Positions 42,090 to 57,320 of a stretch of DNA of 64,000 nucleotides are shown here, one piece after another (positions within the stretch are counted from its first letter, which is position 1; every line of letters begins with the position of its first letter). The translations under genes were made by a program, and so were the position numbers. The DNA is taken from NCBI RefSeq assembly GCF_009914755.1, contig NC_060934.1. One strand, given 5' to 3'. Under the pieces are notes generated by a model that saw nothing but the letters and a program-made list of their open reading frames with translations, did no database searches and was not told the DNA's origin. The DNA comes from the human T2T-CHM13v2.0 reference genome, Homo sapiens.

Positions 42090-42215
42090 TTATTATCTGT
42101 ATATTAAGATGAGAAAACAAGGAACATAGGCCAAGGGAAGTTTCCACTTGTCCAAAGTCACCCAGCAAGTTAGTGGGAGAGCCTGAACTAAAATGCAGGT
42201 CACAACCTAATCCCA
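42090..42215 (-). mobile_element. MIR fragment
   Basis: agatgagaaaac..acttgtccaaagtcacccagcaagttagtgggagagcc. Confidence 0.65.
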
Positions 42216-42593
42216 TGCTCTGTTCACTGATCCATATTTGTCCTTTTTGCCAGTTCTCAAAAGTAAGTGAGCTGTTCCTAAACCTATTGGGTCTAGAAGT
42301 GGTCTCAGTTTATGGGCAGCTGACGATGTCTCACTATGAAGAACTTGTCCTGATGGTGTGCAGCTGCTGAAGATGTATAGCAGGGATCTTCCATGGGAGG
42401 TCCAAGAAGGCTGATATCTTCCAGGCTTGCCTATAGGTATATGTGGCTCACATGCCAAGATGGGAACAAGTAAGTCTGAGCTTGGAGAACGTTTGATACT
42501 GCTAAGCAGAGAAGAACCAGGGGTGAGTGAATTTTGTGCAATGGGGAAGAATTCTTCACATTGTGTGTACCAAAATGCTATGAACTATTAATA

Positions 42594-44101
<1,508 letters not shown>

Positions 44102-44403
44102 TAAACCCCTGCTATGCAATGAAACTCAGGTAGCATATTAAAAAATAGATAACTCAAGCATTGCATACAGAGAAGCCATTCTTGGAACACCAGACAATAA
44201 GCATTGCATTAGATCAGAGCAGTTCTGGGCACATCTATGGTCAACAAGAAATATTCTCAAAGTCTGAACTTTGAGCTATAGTAGACAGACAAACTAAGAA
44301 TTCCTCAAAGTTAGTATTTCCAACCGTGATGTAAGAGTCTATTCTGAGTGTTGTGACAAACTATCTCCAGATCTCGCTAGAGTAACACAATAAAGGTTTG
44401 TTT

Positions 44404-44517
44404 CTCACCCATCACAGTCGGGTATGGCTGTATGAGGGAGGCGTGAGGAAGGATCTGCTCCTCGCCCATCACAGTCGGGTATGGCTGTATGAGGGAGGCG
44501 TGAGGAAGGCTCTGCTC
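44404..44517. repeat. 57-bp tandem duplication inside an old MLT1-like relic
   Basis: 44404-44460 and 44461-44517 differ at two positions. Confidence 0.95.
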
Positions 44518-45550
44518 CATGCATTCATGGAAGTGGCCTTGATCACCAGCCTAGCACTTCACTGGCAGGGCTCAGTCAATGACATCTAGTGGCTGGGAAG
44601 CTCGGAAATGAGCTTTCCTTTGTGCTCAGAAGTAGGACTTGGGCGAACACATAGCAGTATCTCTGCTCCATCCACATAAACGGGCTCAGAACTTAAATGG
44701 AAAGAGACGCTGAAGAGGGCATCAAATATATGAGAACTGGAACAGGGAAAGGAACAAAGATCTGAACAGGATCAGATAGAGATATTTGCCTACAGACAAG
44801 TCCTTGGTTAAAAGACCGTGGAAATTGATTCTAGAACTATATATTATTTATGGCTTGTGGGACGCAGAAATGTGTTCTGGTTACCTGTGCAATAAACTGT
44901 ACATACTTCTCATTTCAGAGTTGGAGTCAATCACTCTCTGTTGGCCTTTTTTGCTGTCTTTACAAAGTCATGGGTTAACGAACCCTACTGGGTACTTCTA
45001 ACATGAGGTGTCTGGGCTGGGAGAGTCTTACTGGCAATTGATGTCAAGATTCTTCGTCCAGAGGCACAGAGCAGAAAGGTTCTTGGTCCACAGACACCTT
45101 AAAACAAGGCCACCCTGGCCAGGTTTATTCCCGTCTGGCGGCCTACACATTTCTTATATCCTGGAAAAACTGGTGAGCAAGCAAGTGTCGACCTCAGAGT
45201 CTCTGACAGGGCTATTTTGAAACCACACACCATGAAAACTCTCAGGGAAGTTAAAAAACAAACAATCATAACCAAGGCAGTTTAGCTGTTTTGAAAAGAG
45301 ATGGAGCTTCATTACTTCAAACCCAAATTTCTGCAAGCCTGACAACCACCTTACATCAAAATAAACGTCTACCTGCTAGCTGAAATGTTTAAAAACACAG
45401 GTGAGCTCTATTCTCTGAAATACAAGCCTTCTCTAACCTGAGAAATGTAAATACCTATGAAGGTGGGTCCATGAAGGGGAGGTTGATGAGGATGGGCCTA
45501 TGTAAGAGTGTGTGTCAAGGTTGTTACTTGTATTTGTGTTACCCTGTGGA

Positions 45551-45587
45551 TGTGTGTGTGTGTGTGTTTGTGTGTGTGAGAGAGAGA
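45551..45587. repeat. (TG)n(GA)n compound microsatellite
   Basis: Directly visible. Confidence 0.95.
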
Positions 45588-47599
45588 TTCAGAGCAGGAA
45601 GAGGAAGGCAACTCACATGGATCCATGTTTTTCGTAACACTGTGTGAAACTCCAGTTAATTGACTGTAAAAAAATAGGAACCCACAAGTAACTGACATTA
45701 GTACCGCTGAAAGGCTCCCAGAAGACCTAACTCTTGCTGGCTCCATAATCACAAGCACCTGCAAAGCTCTGCCTTGGTGAGGAGAGGGCAGAGCACACCT
45801 GCTAACCGACATCTGCCTGGAGGAAGGAAAGACAGAGCTTCAACCCTGAACACAGAGTGCTGGTCTCTCTTATGTGCTTGACTGTCATGCTCAGTTGCAT
45901 TGTGCATGAGTCTGCCTGTCAGCCTGCACTGAATTTTGCAGCACTGTTCCAGGGTTTACTATCTGCACTCTGTTCCCAAAGACCTGTTGCCCCTACCTGT
46001 GTGCTCCCGGAGGAATCTGGTTTCTATAACAACAGACCCCATCACCAGCGTGGTGCACAAGGCCACCTGCCAATCCATTCTGATTAAGCCCAGCCCTCAG
46101 CCTGTCCCCTCCAGACCTGTCACACCAATTCCCATTCAGGCACCAGCACTGATCATCAGTATTTCCCAAGAGTGGAAAGGGGAAAATAGAGACTCAGTAA
46201 ATATATGTAAATAAAAGCAGAGTTTTCGTAAGCCATTCTAATCTTGATATAGTTTGCATTTCCTTCACTGTTGCTTTATAAAAGCCCTCTTAAGCTTGCA
46301 GCAAGAAGAATAGGAAGTCAGCTGTCAATTAGCTTACTATGATGTTTTCTCAGTCATATTTTGAAAGAGAAGTTGAATTCAACATTTTCCAAAAATCTGC
46401 AAACAGCAGCATGCTGCATTTATGGAGATGACACCTTTTGTGGGTTTTTCTCTTTCATGGGTAGGATTTTTCGGAGAGACCACACTGGGAGAAGAGAATA
46501 GGTGAGGAGTTGCTCTGTGAGCTTGCTGCAATCTGGAAGGAATAAAGTTGCAGAAATAGGAAATTGGAAGCAGAAATAGGATATAGGAAAGTCTTAAGGA
46601 CTACGATTTTTGTATTGCAACTAGATTCACCTTTGCAGCCATCCTTTTAACAAGACAAGCCACTCAACTAATACATGCTCTGAAGGAGCGAACAGAACTG
46701 ACTAAACTAATACAGAAGCAGGGGCTCAGTGGCTGCAGGTTGCATGAAAAATTACCCATTGCAGTTGCAGGGCCCCATTGTGAGCACCGGTCCTCTAGGA
46801 GAATGCTGGGCTACTTCTTTCTTTACCAATTGTTGCTAAGAGCAGGTGACCTCACATGCTGTTTTAGCAACTCTTACTACTGAGAATTATTCTCTTGGGA
46901 AGTTCAGAAGCTGGCAAAATAAATCTTTGTATTCACTCTGCTTATATTCTGACAACACTGACTAAAATCCTCTACTTTGAAAAGGAAATATTCTTCCCAG
47001 GCAAATGCAACTGATGAAATAGATTCTCTGTGTGTGGATTTGAAGGTGTTAAAGTAATGATACTAATTGCTTTCATTTTGATAAGCTTTACAGGCTCCAG
47101 AGTTCTCTCACGAGTTCCATTTCATTTGATATTTGCAGTTACCATGTGAGGTAAGCAGAGCTGACCTTGACTGGCATCTCTATCAGCAGCTCAGTGGGAT
47201 TAAATGGCTTGCCAATGTCACAAGGTGAGAAGTTGACACGAATTGCAATGCAAATATTCTGGCAAATAAGTTAGCAGGCTTTCTATTCTACCATTCTGCT
47301 CAACTTAAAAAATAATCCTGTGGATTTTTAAAACTGTAATGGCCACTCATGCACAAGCCCCTGGAATATTCACAGGCTGATGAAAGCAATCTATTTTGGT
47401 GATTCAGGGAATATTGAGCTGCTGGTTTTGAGCAAAAGCAGCTGATGCAAATAAGCATGATATATTCATATATTCATCCATTTGAAAGAAATCTGATGGC
47501 AGGAATTTTCTCCCAACAAAGCAGATTCTAGGATGTGCAAGCATCTGTACACACGCATGTCATTCTCTGCAACCTCCATGCTTATAGGAGACTCCTTGA

Positions 47600-47750
47600 G
47601 CATTAAGACTTGACAGAATCTTAGAGGTAATTTTATTCAACTTCATGCTACAGGGGAGGAAAGCAGGTTCAGAGAGCAGCGTTTGCCCAGGTCACACAGT
47701 TTATAGTTGTCAGACGTAGGACAAGACCCCAGACCTTCAGATATCACACT
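47600..47750 (-). mobile_element. MIR fragment
   Basis: acaggggaggaaagcaggttcagagag..tttgcccaggtcacacag. Confidence 0.6.
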
Positions 47751-48419
47751 CAGTTCAGAGTGATTCTTCTGAGTCCCTGGGAGGTTCCAAGTTACTACAG
47801 TACCACTAAATTACATTCAATGCAGTATTTAAGCAGATGAGGCCTTTTAGCAGGATTTAGAGCAACAAAGGCTGAAATCAAAGGCCTTTGATTAGCTTAA
47901 AGTTGTTCTGACAGTGGATCTCTCCAGAGTATGGGCTCACTGGAAATCAGTGTCCTACAGCCTCAGCATTGGAGTGTGAAGCTGGAGTTGGCTGATGCTT
48001 GGTGTGGTGTGATGGTTGGGATAGGATTTGGCTCTGTGATCCTGTGCTTTCTACATGGCTTAGTTTATCAGCCAGAGCACAGTGTGAGTCCCAGAAAACC
48101 TGGCCAAAACAATCCTAACCCATGTAGCAAGGGGCTACGGTATTTATTCAGGGGCTTTCTCAGAAGGCTTTCCAAATAGTCCATTGGAAGGTCTATTTTC
48201 AAACCTCAGTCCAAGACCAAACCACTTAGAGTTATGTCAGCAGCTTTGCCCTAGGTGTCCCTGAGCTGTTGTCAGCAGGTTTCTAAAAGAATCACACTAG
48301 CTTGGGACTCGCACTGTGTCTCTGAAGGAAAGTCCTGAGAGGAGGGTCAATAAGAAACTTTCCCTTACATCTCTGCATCAGGAAATTTATCAAAGTAGGG
48401 TTGAGGGATGCTTCTATGG

Positions 48420-48863
48420 TGTAGCAGATACTGTGTGGTGTGCTGTCCTGACCCATCTCAGGACAAAAGCACATACCCTCCCAGATGCTGGGAATGTGGC
48501 CTGCTGATGGCCCATAGCTGAGTTTCACCCCAGGGATTGTCCTTGATCAAAGGTTGCTGCCTCAAGATTGCAATGCCTTCCCTGGGAATAGCCTGCATCT
48601 GACCACAAGTCAATGTAGGGGTACAAAAGTTTGGCCCCTTTGCTCAATTTGGGCCATCTTTGAAGGACTACCCCAGCTCCACAGCTCCCTGGGGGTTGGG
48701 CTGAGGCCTCTGTGCTACTGCCTCAGAGTGCAACTCTCCATCAGTTCAAGCCTTCACCACCCACCCTTTTACAGATGTTGTTTCGCCACAGCACTCCCCA
48801 GTAAACACCTGCGTGCAAATCTTTGTCCCAGAATCTTTTTCCCAGGGACCTTGACATACCACA
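48420..48863 (+). mobile_element. LTR16-like ERVL LTR
   Basis: tgtagcagatactgt...ggcccctttgctcaatttggg...gcactccccagtaaacacctgcgtgcaaatct. Confidence 0.75.
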
Positions 48864-49008
48864 GACACACAGACATGCACACACTCAGACATATTCTCTT
48901 TTGCCTTCTTTAGTGCCAGCATCTTGTCACCTGATGGAGAATACTCTATCAACAACTACATATCAAATGTCTGCAATGATCTTTTCTATCCAAACAGCTA
49001 AAGAAATC

Positions 49009-49512
49009 TGTATTCCTTTCCTATGGCTGCTGTAACAAATGACAACAAACTTGGCGGCTTCAAACAACACACATTTATGCTGTCATAGTTCTGGAGGCCA
49101 GAAGTCCAACATCATCATTTTTACTAGGCCAACATCAAGGTGTCAGCAGGGCTGGGCTCCTCTGGAAGCTCTAGGGGAAAATGCAGTTTCTTGCCTTTTC
49201 CAGCTTTTAGAGCTGAATTCTTTGCATTTCTTGGCTTGTGGTCCCTTCCTCCATCTTCAAAGCCAGCAGCGTAATGTCTTGCTTCAGTGGTTATGCTACC
49301 TTCTCCTTCTGTGTCAAATCTCTCTCGGCCTCTGCTTTGTAAGGACATTTATGATTGCATTTAAGACCCACCTGGATAATGCAGGCTAACCTCCCCATCT
49401 CAAGACCCTTATCTAATCACACCTGCAAAGCCTCCTGCCATATAAGGAAACAATCACAGGTTCTAGGGATTAGGACCTGGAGATCCTTGTGGGCCATTAT
49501 TTAGCCTACCAT
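49009..49512 (-). mobile_element. MLT1D-like MaLR LTR
   Basis: tgtattcctttcctatggctgctgtaacaaat...gccattatttagcctacca. Confidence 0.82.
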
Positions 49513-50123
49513 GGAATAATAGAGCAAGTTCTGAGACATATACATTGTGATTTCAATCTGTAGTTTATCTTCACCCCAAAGTGAGGTAGCCTCAGAATCT
49601 TCTTTTTGCCATCCATTTGCTATTGTCCCAGGCAAACTGGTCTCAGCTGGGATGTCTACTTCTTGATTTAGGCCTTTATTAAGAAACACCAGTAATTGTT
49701 ACATTTTTACCTGCTGCTGCTAGAACCCCTCTCTCTGTCTCCCTCCCTAACCCTGCCGGGTGGCTGCCTTTCTACCCCCTCTACTCACCAGATTGTATCT
49801 GCACTCACTGAGTGACCCTGTTGTCTATGTGGGAATAACACTGTGGCCACACTATGGCATTGGGCGGGGGGCAGGGTGCAGGTGGAAGAGGAGAATAGAA
49901 TAGTGTTTTAAGCCTAATCAGCAGATTCCTGTGTCACTTCCTTAAAGGATTCTCTGTCAGTAGCAATTTGGGATGATACCGCGTGACCCTTCAGAATGGA
50001 ATTGGAATGGCTGATCTTCACATACTCATTGACCAGAAATAAGACCAAGAAATCTGCAATCTCATTTTTTCCCACCCCCAATTATCTATTTTTTAAAAAG
50101 TTGTATTGATTGGTTGAAAAGTC

Positions 50124-50438
50124 TTTTTTTTTTTGAGAGATAGAGAGAGAGAAAGAGAGAGAGAGAGAGAGGGTCTCACTCTGTCACCCAGGCTGGAGTA
50201 CAGTGACGCAGTCATGGCTCACTGCAGCCTCGACCTCCTGAGCTCAAGTGATCCTCCCAGCTCAGCCTCCCAAGAAGCTGAGATCACAGGCCAATGCCAC
50301 CATGCCCAGCTAATTTTCTGTAGAGATACGGTCTCACTTTTTTGCCTAGGCTGGTCTCGAACTCCTGGGCTCAAGTGATTCTCCCACCTGGGCCTCCCAA
50401 AGTGCTGGGATTACAGATGTGAGCCATCATGCCCAGCC
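50124..50438 (-). mobile_element. AluJ-type SINE with (GA)n expansion near tail
   Basis: Reverse Alu dimer. Confidence 0.92.
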
Positions 50439-50590
50439 TCCTACCCCCCATTCTTTTAGCTTGTTGTTTCTACCTCCTCTCTGGACCATATGGCTTGATC
50501 TACATATTTGTCTCCCCCACTAGAATGTGAGCTCCTTTCTTCATCTTTCTGCTCCAATGTAGCAACTACCAAGGGGCCACCTGACAGAAC

Positions 50591-50695
50591 ATGGCCGCTG
50601 CAGAGGAACCCTGCTACCTGCAGTTGGTGACATGGCCTAGGTCCCAGAGGCCTCGTGGTGCCACACACACAAGAACAGGCACCAACAACCAGTGA
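50591..50695 (+). CDS. Candidate 34-aa small ORF MAAAEEPCYLQLVTWPRSQRPRGATHTRTGTNNQ (hypothetical)
   Basis: AACATGG strong Kozak context, first ATG of the putative last exon; no homology recognised. Confidence 0.15.
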   Translation: MAAAEEPCYLQLVTWPRSQRPRGATHTRTGTNNQ

Positions 50696-52303
50696 CATTT
50701 TGACAGTCAAATGGAACCTGTGACTGCCATCTGTAGATGTGCCAGCCAAGAATGTGACCCTGGGGAAAGCCCTTCACACAGGTCTTTCCTTGGTGTATTT
50801 ATATTTAGTTCCAGCGAAAAACTGCAGTTGTTTTTCTCAGTGACAGGCATCAAACGATAACCGAAAAGAATGAGAAATAATTGTTCCCTTTCTCCCTGTT
50901 AGGAGATTGTACTCTTTGAATTTGGGACCACAGCTCTCTGAACAGCTAGCTCTCCCATGCCTGGCTCATGAGACATCATAAATGTTGATTGTATTAAAGA
51001 CAATTTAGAGGGAAAGGACTTGAATTCTGGTTCTAAGCTATTAAAAATATTTCTACATTTTAATTTTTAAATTAAGAAAGATTTTGTACATATGGAAAGG
51101 TGCAGAATATAAAACAGACAACCATATGCTTACCATCCAGATTAAACAACTGTTAACGTTTTCTCGTATTTACTTCAGATCACTTGAAACAAAAGAAAGA
51201 CAAAAAGATACGGCTAAAGCCTTGGCCCCCTTCACTCACATCCCTCCCCTCCTCCCCTCTGCAGAGCAACTTCTGCCTGAAGCTGGTGTGTGTCATTTCC
51301 ATGCATGATCTTGTGCTTTCAGTACATATTTGTATATCCAAAACAATATTTACTATTGTTTTGTGTGCATTCTTAATTTACATAAATGGCATCATATTGT
51401 AAATTCTCTTGCAACTTGGCTTTTCTTACTCAACAGTACATTTTAGGGACTTATTTATGTTGTGTGGATACAGTGTAGACCTAGTTCATTCATTTTAACT
51501 TAATTGTGAAATACCATAGTTTACTTATCCATTTCCCTATTGGGTAAAATTAGTTATTGCTTTATTGTCGTTGTTGTTTATTGCAATGAACATGCCTGTG
51601 CATGCATCTTTGTGCACGTGTTTGTTAGTGTAAATGCCCTGAAGTGAAATTGCTAATTAGTAGGAAATATACTTCTGCACCTTCCTTAGCAGAGACAAAT
51701 TGTTCTCCCAAGTGGTTGTACCTATTTGAACTCATGCTAGATTAGAAATCCCTGTGTTCCTACATCCTTACCATCATTTGTGAGGCTTTCAATTTTTCTT
51801 ATCCAATAAGTACAAATGACATTTTATTTTTTTAATTCACATCTCTCTAATTATTCATGAGCTTAAGCATTTTTACATGTTTACTAACCAGTTGTGTATG
51901 TGCATGTGTGTGCATGTGAGAGAGAGAGAGAAATAGGTTTTAATCCTTTGTTCTTTTCTTATAAATTTATAGTTGTATTTATTCTGAAGTTCTTATCTGA
52001 GTTGAAAAGTGTTCTCACAAATGGTATCTTGCCTTTTAATTTTGTTTATGTCATGTTCTATTATAAATAGCTTTTTAATTTTCATGTAGTTAAATTTATA
52101 TGTCTTTTCAAGGTTTGTGGGCATTTGTCCCTTAGTTAATAAATCTGTTTCTAACTCTACATTCAAGATATTCTCCCACATTGTTTTCTAAAAATTCTAA
52201 ATTTTTTTTCCCTTCACATTTAAATTTTTGTCCATCTGGAATTTACTTTTGCTTATGTGATGAGTAGGGATCTAATTTTATCTTTTTCCAAGCAGAAAGT
52301 TAA

Positions 52304-52657
<354 letters not shown>

Positions 52658-53303
52658 GAAATATCATTTCTGTTAAATACAAATTCCCATATATAAGTGG
52701 ATCAGTTCCTAGACTCTACCATTCTGTTGGTTCATTTGTCTATCCCCACACCCATACCAGAATTTTAACATTATTATAGCTAAAGAGCAAGTCTTAATAG
52801 CTGGTGTGGTGTTTGCCCTTATTTTTTTTGTTTTAGCTCACATTTGTTTTTGTTTTCATTAGTCTTTCCTCTTCCAGTATTTTAGGATCTGATTGTGGAT
52901 TCCTGTGAAAAATGCTATTGGAATTGATAAAGGAAGTGTACCTAAATAGGTTAATTTGGAAAAATTTTGCCACTTGTACTATAGTTATCTATGGTAAATG
53001 TGATATATCTCTCTATTTAGGCCTCCTTTTTATATTTATATCATTTAATATGGATTTATAATTTTTTCTGTAAATATTTATACATTTTTATTACCCATAT
53101 TATGAGGTATTTATAGTGCTTGCTACAACTGTAAATAGCAGCTTCTGAAAAATGATATTTTCTCACAATTTATTGTAGATGTTCGGGGACCATCTTAAAA
53201 ATCAGTTTTTAATTAGGTAACTTGTTGAATTTCCTTATTCCTTTCAATAGTTGGCTGTTACTTATTTTGAATTTTTTAAACTAGATAATCATAGCATCTA
53301 AAA

Positions 53304-53950
<647 letters not shown>

Positions 53951-55638
53951 TTACTTGTTATCACTTTACTGAATAGGACTTACAAAGCAATGCTAAATAA
54001 GGGCTTTTGATAGTAGGCATCCTTCCCTTATTCCTGAACTTAACTGGAATTATTTTAGAGATTCACAAAGCATAACTTTCACTGTAGATTTGTAGTAGAT
54101 CACTTTATTGGGTTATTATTTTTATTTCTAACATGCTAAAATATTTTGGTTATTAATGGGTATTGAATTTTATCAAATGCATTTTCTGCATCTTTTGAAG
54201 TGATCATATTTTGTTCTTCTTTATTGTGTCTGTGTAGTAAACTACCGTAATGACTTTTCTATTGTTAAACTTTTACTTCTTAAGTAATCCAGCTTTGTCA
54301 TAATGTAATATTTTTAAACACTACTAGTTTCAGTTTGCTAATATTTGATTTCAAAATGTCACGTTTATAAGTGACATCAGCCTGCACTTTTCCTCTTCTG
54401 TATTGTCTTTTTCAGTTTTTGTTTTCAATGTTATATTAATATCATATAATGGGTTGAAAAACTTTCAATCTTTTCTTTTTTCTGTATCAGATTATACAAA
54501 ATAGAAATCAAATTTTTCTTGAAACTTGGGGAAAACTTACCTGCAAAACTATCTGAGGTAACAGCTATTTTTTTTGTGACTAAATTTTTAATTATTGATG
54601 AAATATTTAAGGCCATAGGTTTATTCAGCTTTTTTATTTTTTAGTTACATTTTCTAGAAATGTTTTTATCTAAAAGTTAAATATTAGTGGCATAAAGTCA
54701 TATATAGCAGTCTCATGTTTTTGTAAATGTGTGTTACATCTATTGTTACATATTTTTCTTTCCCAGTATGGTTCATTTGTACCATTTTTCTTTTTCTTCT
54801 AATCTTAGACCTTCGTTGGCCATCTCAGTTGCTTAATTGTTTTCTATTTCACTAATTTTTGCCCATATCTGTGTCTTCTTTCCTTTGTATTTTCTTACAT
54901 TAACAGTTTTTTTTTTGCTGACTTCTTGGATTGATTACATGTGTTCATTAGTTATCAACCTTTCTTCTTTTCAGGTGTGTGTATGTGTGTATGTATATCT
55001 ACAATTTTCTCTCTAAACTATTGCTTTAGCTACATCTCCAAAATTTCTATGTTCTGTTTTCCCTTTGTCATTCAGGTCTATTTTAAAAATCTCCATTATG
55101 ATTTCTACTTTGACTCATTAATTATATAGAAATGTTTCAAAATTTCCAAACATATGGTTCCTTTTTTGGTTTCATTTTTGTAATTTATTTTCAGTTTAAT
55201 AGCGTGTGAAAAGGGAATGCGGTCTGTAGGATTGATTCATTTTTTATTTTTAGATACTTTTTTGTGGCCAAGTATGTGGTCATCCAAAAATAAGTTCAAT
55301 GTGTATTCTCTAATTGTTAAGTACAGAAATGTTATGCTCGAGTTATTAAAAATGTTATTTCAAATTTTGGTATGTTTACTAATTATTTTGTTTGCTTGTG
55401 CTATTTAGTATTGAGCATTGTATTAAAATATCTTATTGCGGCTGTGGATTGCTTGACTTTTTTGTGATTCTGGTCATTTGTGGTTTATATATTTTGAGAC
55501 TACATTCTTAAAAGTCTACAATCTTGGAAGTTTTAGATCTTCATGTGGAACGGTGCCTTGCCTACCTGTATGATTATACCTCCGTTGTCTTTAACTCTTC
55601 TTCCTCTTGGAACTAAGTCAGGTCCAGGGGGACCTTGA

Positions 55639-55881
<243 letters not shown>

Positions 55882-56849
55882 TGAAGTTTCACAGCCCACT
55901 TTTGAGAAGCTGGTTTTGCTAACTTTGCTCCAGGATACCCTTTATGCTGCCACCCATGCACTGCCTTGCTCCATGTCCACTGCTGTAAGGGAGCGTTTCC
56001 ACTTATTTTGTGATTCAACTTTTAGCCATCTCCAAGCTTTGTTAAAATTAGAGATTGAATTTTATTTTTCATTCTTCTTGGTGCTTTTGGATGCTTTCCA
56101 TGAAACACCAATTTTTGCTGGCATCTTCACACTGGAATTTTGACATGAAGCCTAGAGTTAATCAATATCTTTGCCCTCCTGCTGGACATTACCATAGTAC
56201 CTATTCATTCTGGTCACTCCTTCTTGAATCACATGCTCTCTTTGCCTAGCATGTTAGTGATACCTCATTTTTATAACCCCAAACTAGTCACCATTATATT
56301 GTTTTGGGATCAATGCCTGTTTAGATTTGCCTTTGTATTTAATATTTACCAGTCTCTGCTCCTCTTTGCTTCTCACTTCCTGTGCCTTCTCCCAGAGAAA
56401 CGGAGCTTTTGGAATTCTTTCAGCAGGGAACTGTGAGTAGTAATTTATTTAAATCTGTGCTTGCTTGCCTGATGATGTCCTTATTTTGCTCTCAGTCTTG
56501 AATTTTAGTTTAGCTGAGAATAGAATTCTAGGGTGTCAGTTATTTTTCCTCAGCACTTTGAAGTTGTCTCATTACTTGTTTCTATTGTTGCTATGAAGAA
56601 ATCAGCTGGCAGTTTAATTTACAGTTTTACAAACTTTGTTTGATTTTACATTCATATAAGTAAAACCAACTTTGTGCTCATCCTCTAGAATAAGTATTTT
56701 ACACCTAAATTTATCTATGTATTAATGTACTAATATGTACATAATACAACATATGTAAAATAAAAAAAATGACTACGTATATGAAAAAGTTTTAAAATCA
56801 AAATAAAAAGCATTTGCTTTTGCTAAATTGTTATTAGTTATAATTAATA

Positions 56850-57310
56850 ATATTTTAAAGAGTTAAATGTAGATATTAATGCTTCATTGATTTTAAAATA
56901 TCTTGATTTAACATTTAATTTGACACTGCTTTAACATAAAGCAATAGGAAGATCTGGGTTTATGTTTGGCTTATTTTGATGCTGGTTTCAGTGGCAATAA
57001 TTGCCAATAACAAAAAGTTTAATTACCTCACAAAGGCGTGTGAATACAAATAAGAAAAGCAATAGCTGCACTTACTAAGTCATGATGCTTATTTTTTAAA
57101 ATCCCATTTACCAACTGTACCAACGTTTTTCTTTAAAGTCAGCTATTATATTTCTGTTTCCCTTTATGTCAATCAATTCTTGTGACAAACAATTTGGAAT
57201 TTGTTGCATTTTTACATATTTAAAAAATGTGTTCAACCCACTAAAACTCTGAAACATTTAGAAGCATTATAGACAGATTAGAAAATTCTGTTTCTAAATT
57301 TTTTTGTGTT
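56850..57310 (-). mobile_element. hAT-Charlie transposase C-terminal relic
   Basis: Degenerate HDLVSAA...KY/NKLN.EPDL-like hAT dimerisation region on minus strand. Confidence 0.4.
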
Positions 57311-57320
57311 TTTTTTTTGC

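Larger units (their letters stand above)
45180..51060 (+). ncRNA. Candidate spliced lncRNA (3 exons; 5' end uncertain)
   Basis: Donor CAG|GTGAGC at 45400/1; branch TACTAAT 47061-47067 with acceptor TACAG| 47093; donors GAG|GTAAGC 47150/1 and AAG|GTGAGA 47224/5; pyrimidine tract and TAG| 50562; ATTAAA at 50993 and 51040. Confidence 0.45.

Noticed and set aside
44880-45360. Individual TF motifs (RUNX aaccaca, NFAT tggaaa, C/EBP-ATF ttacatca, TATA-like cttatat)
   Set aside because: Short motifs occur often by chance; cannot support a promoter call without chromatin data.
49862-49893. G-rich tract as G-quadruplex/SP1 promoter
   Set aside because: Only three clear G-runs, no CpG island; too weak to call.
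50591-50695. Identity with known ~34-aa micropeptides such as DWORF
   Set aside because: No sequence resemblance and no transmembrane helix.
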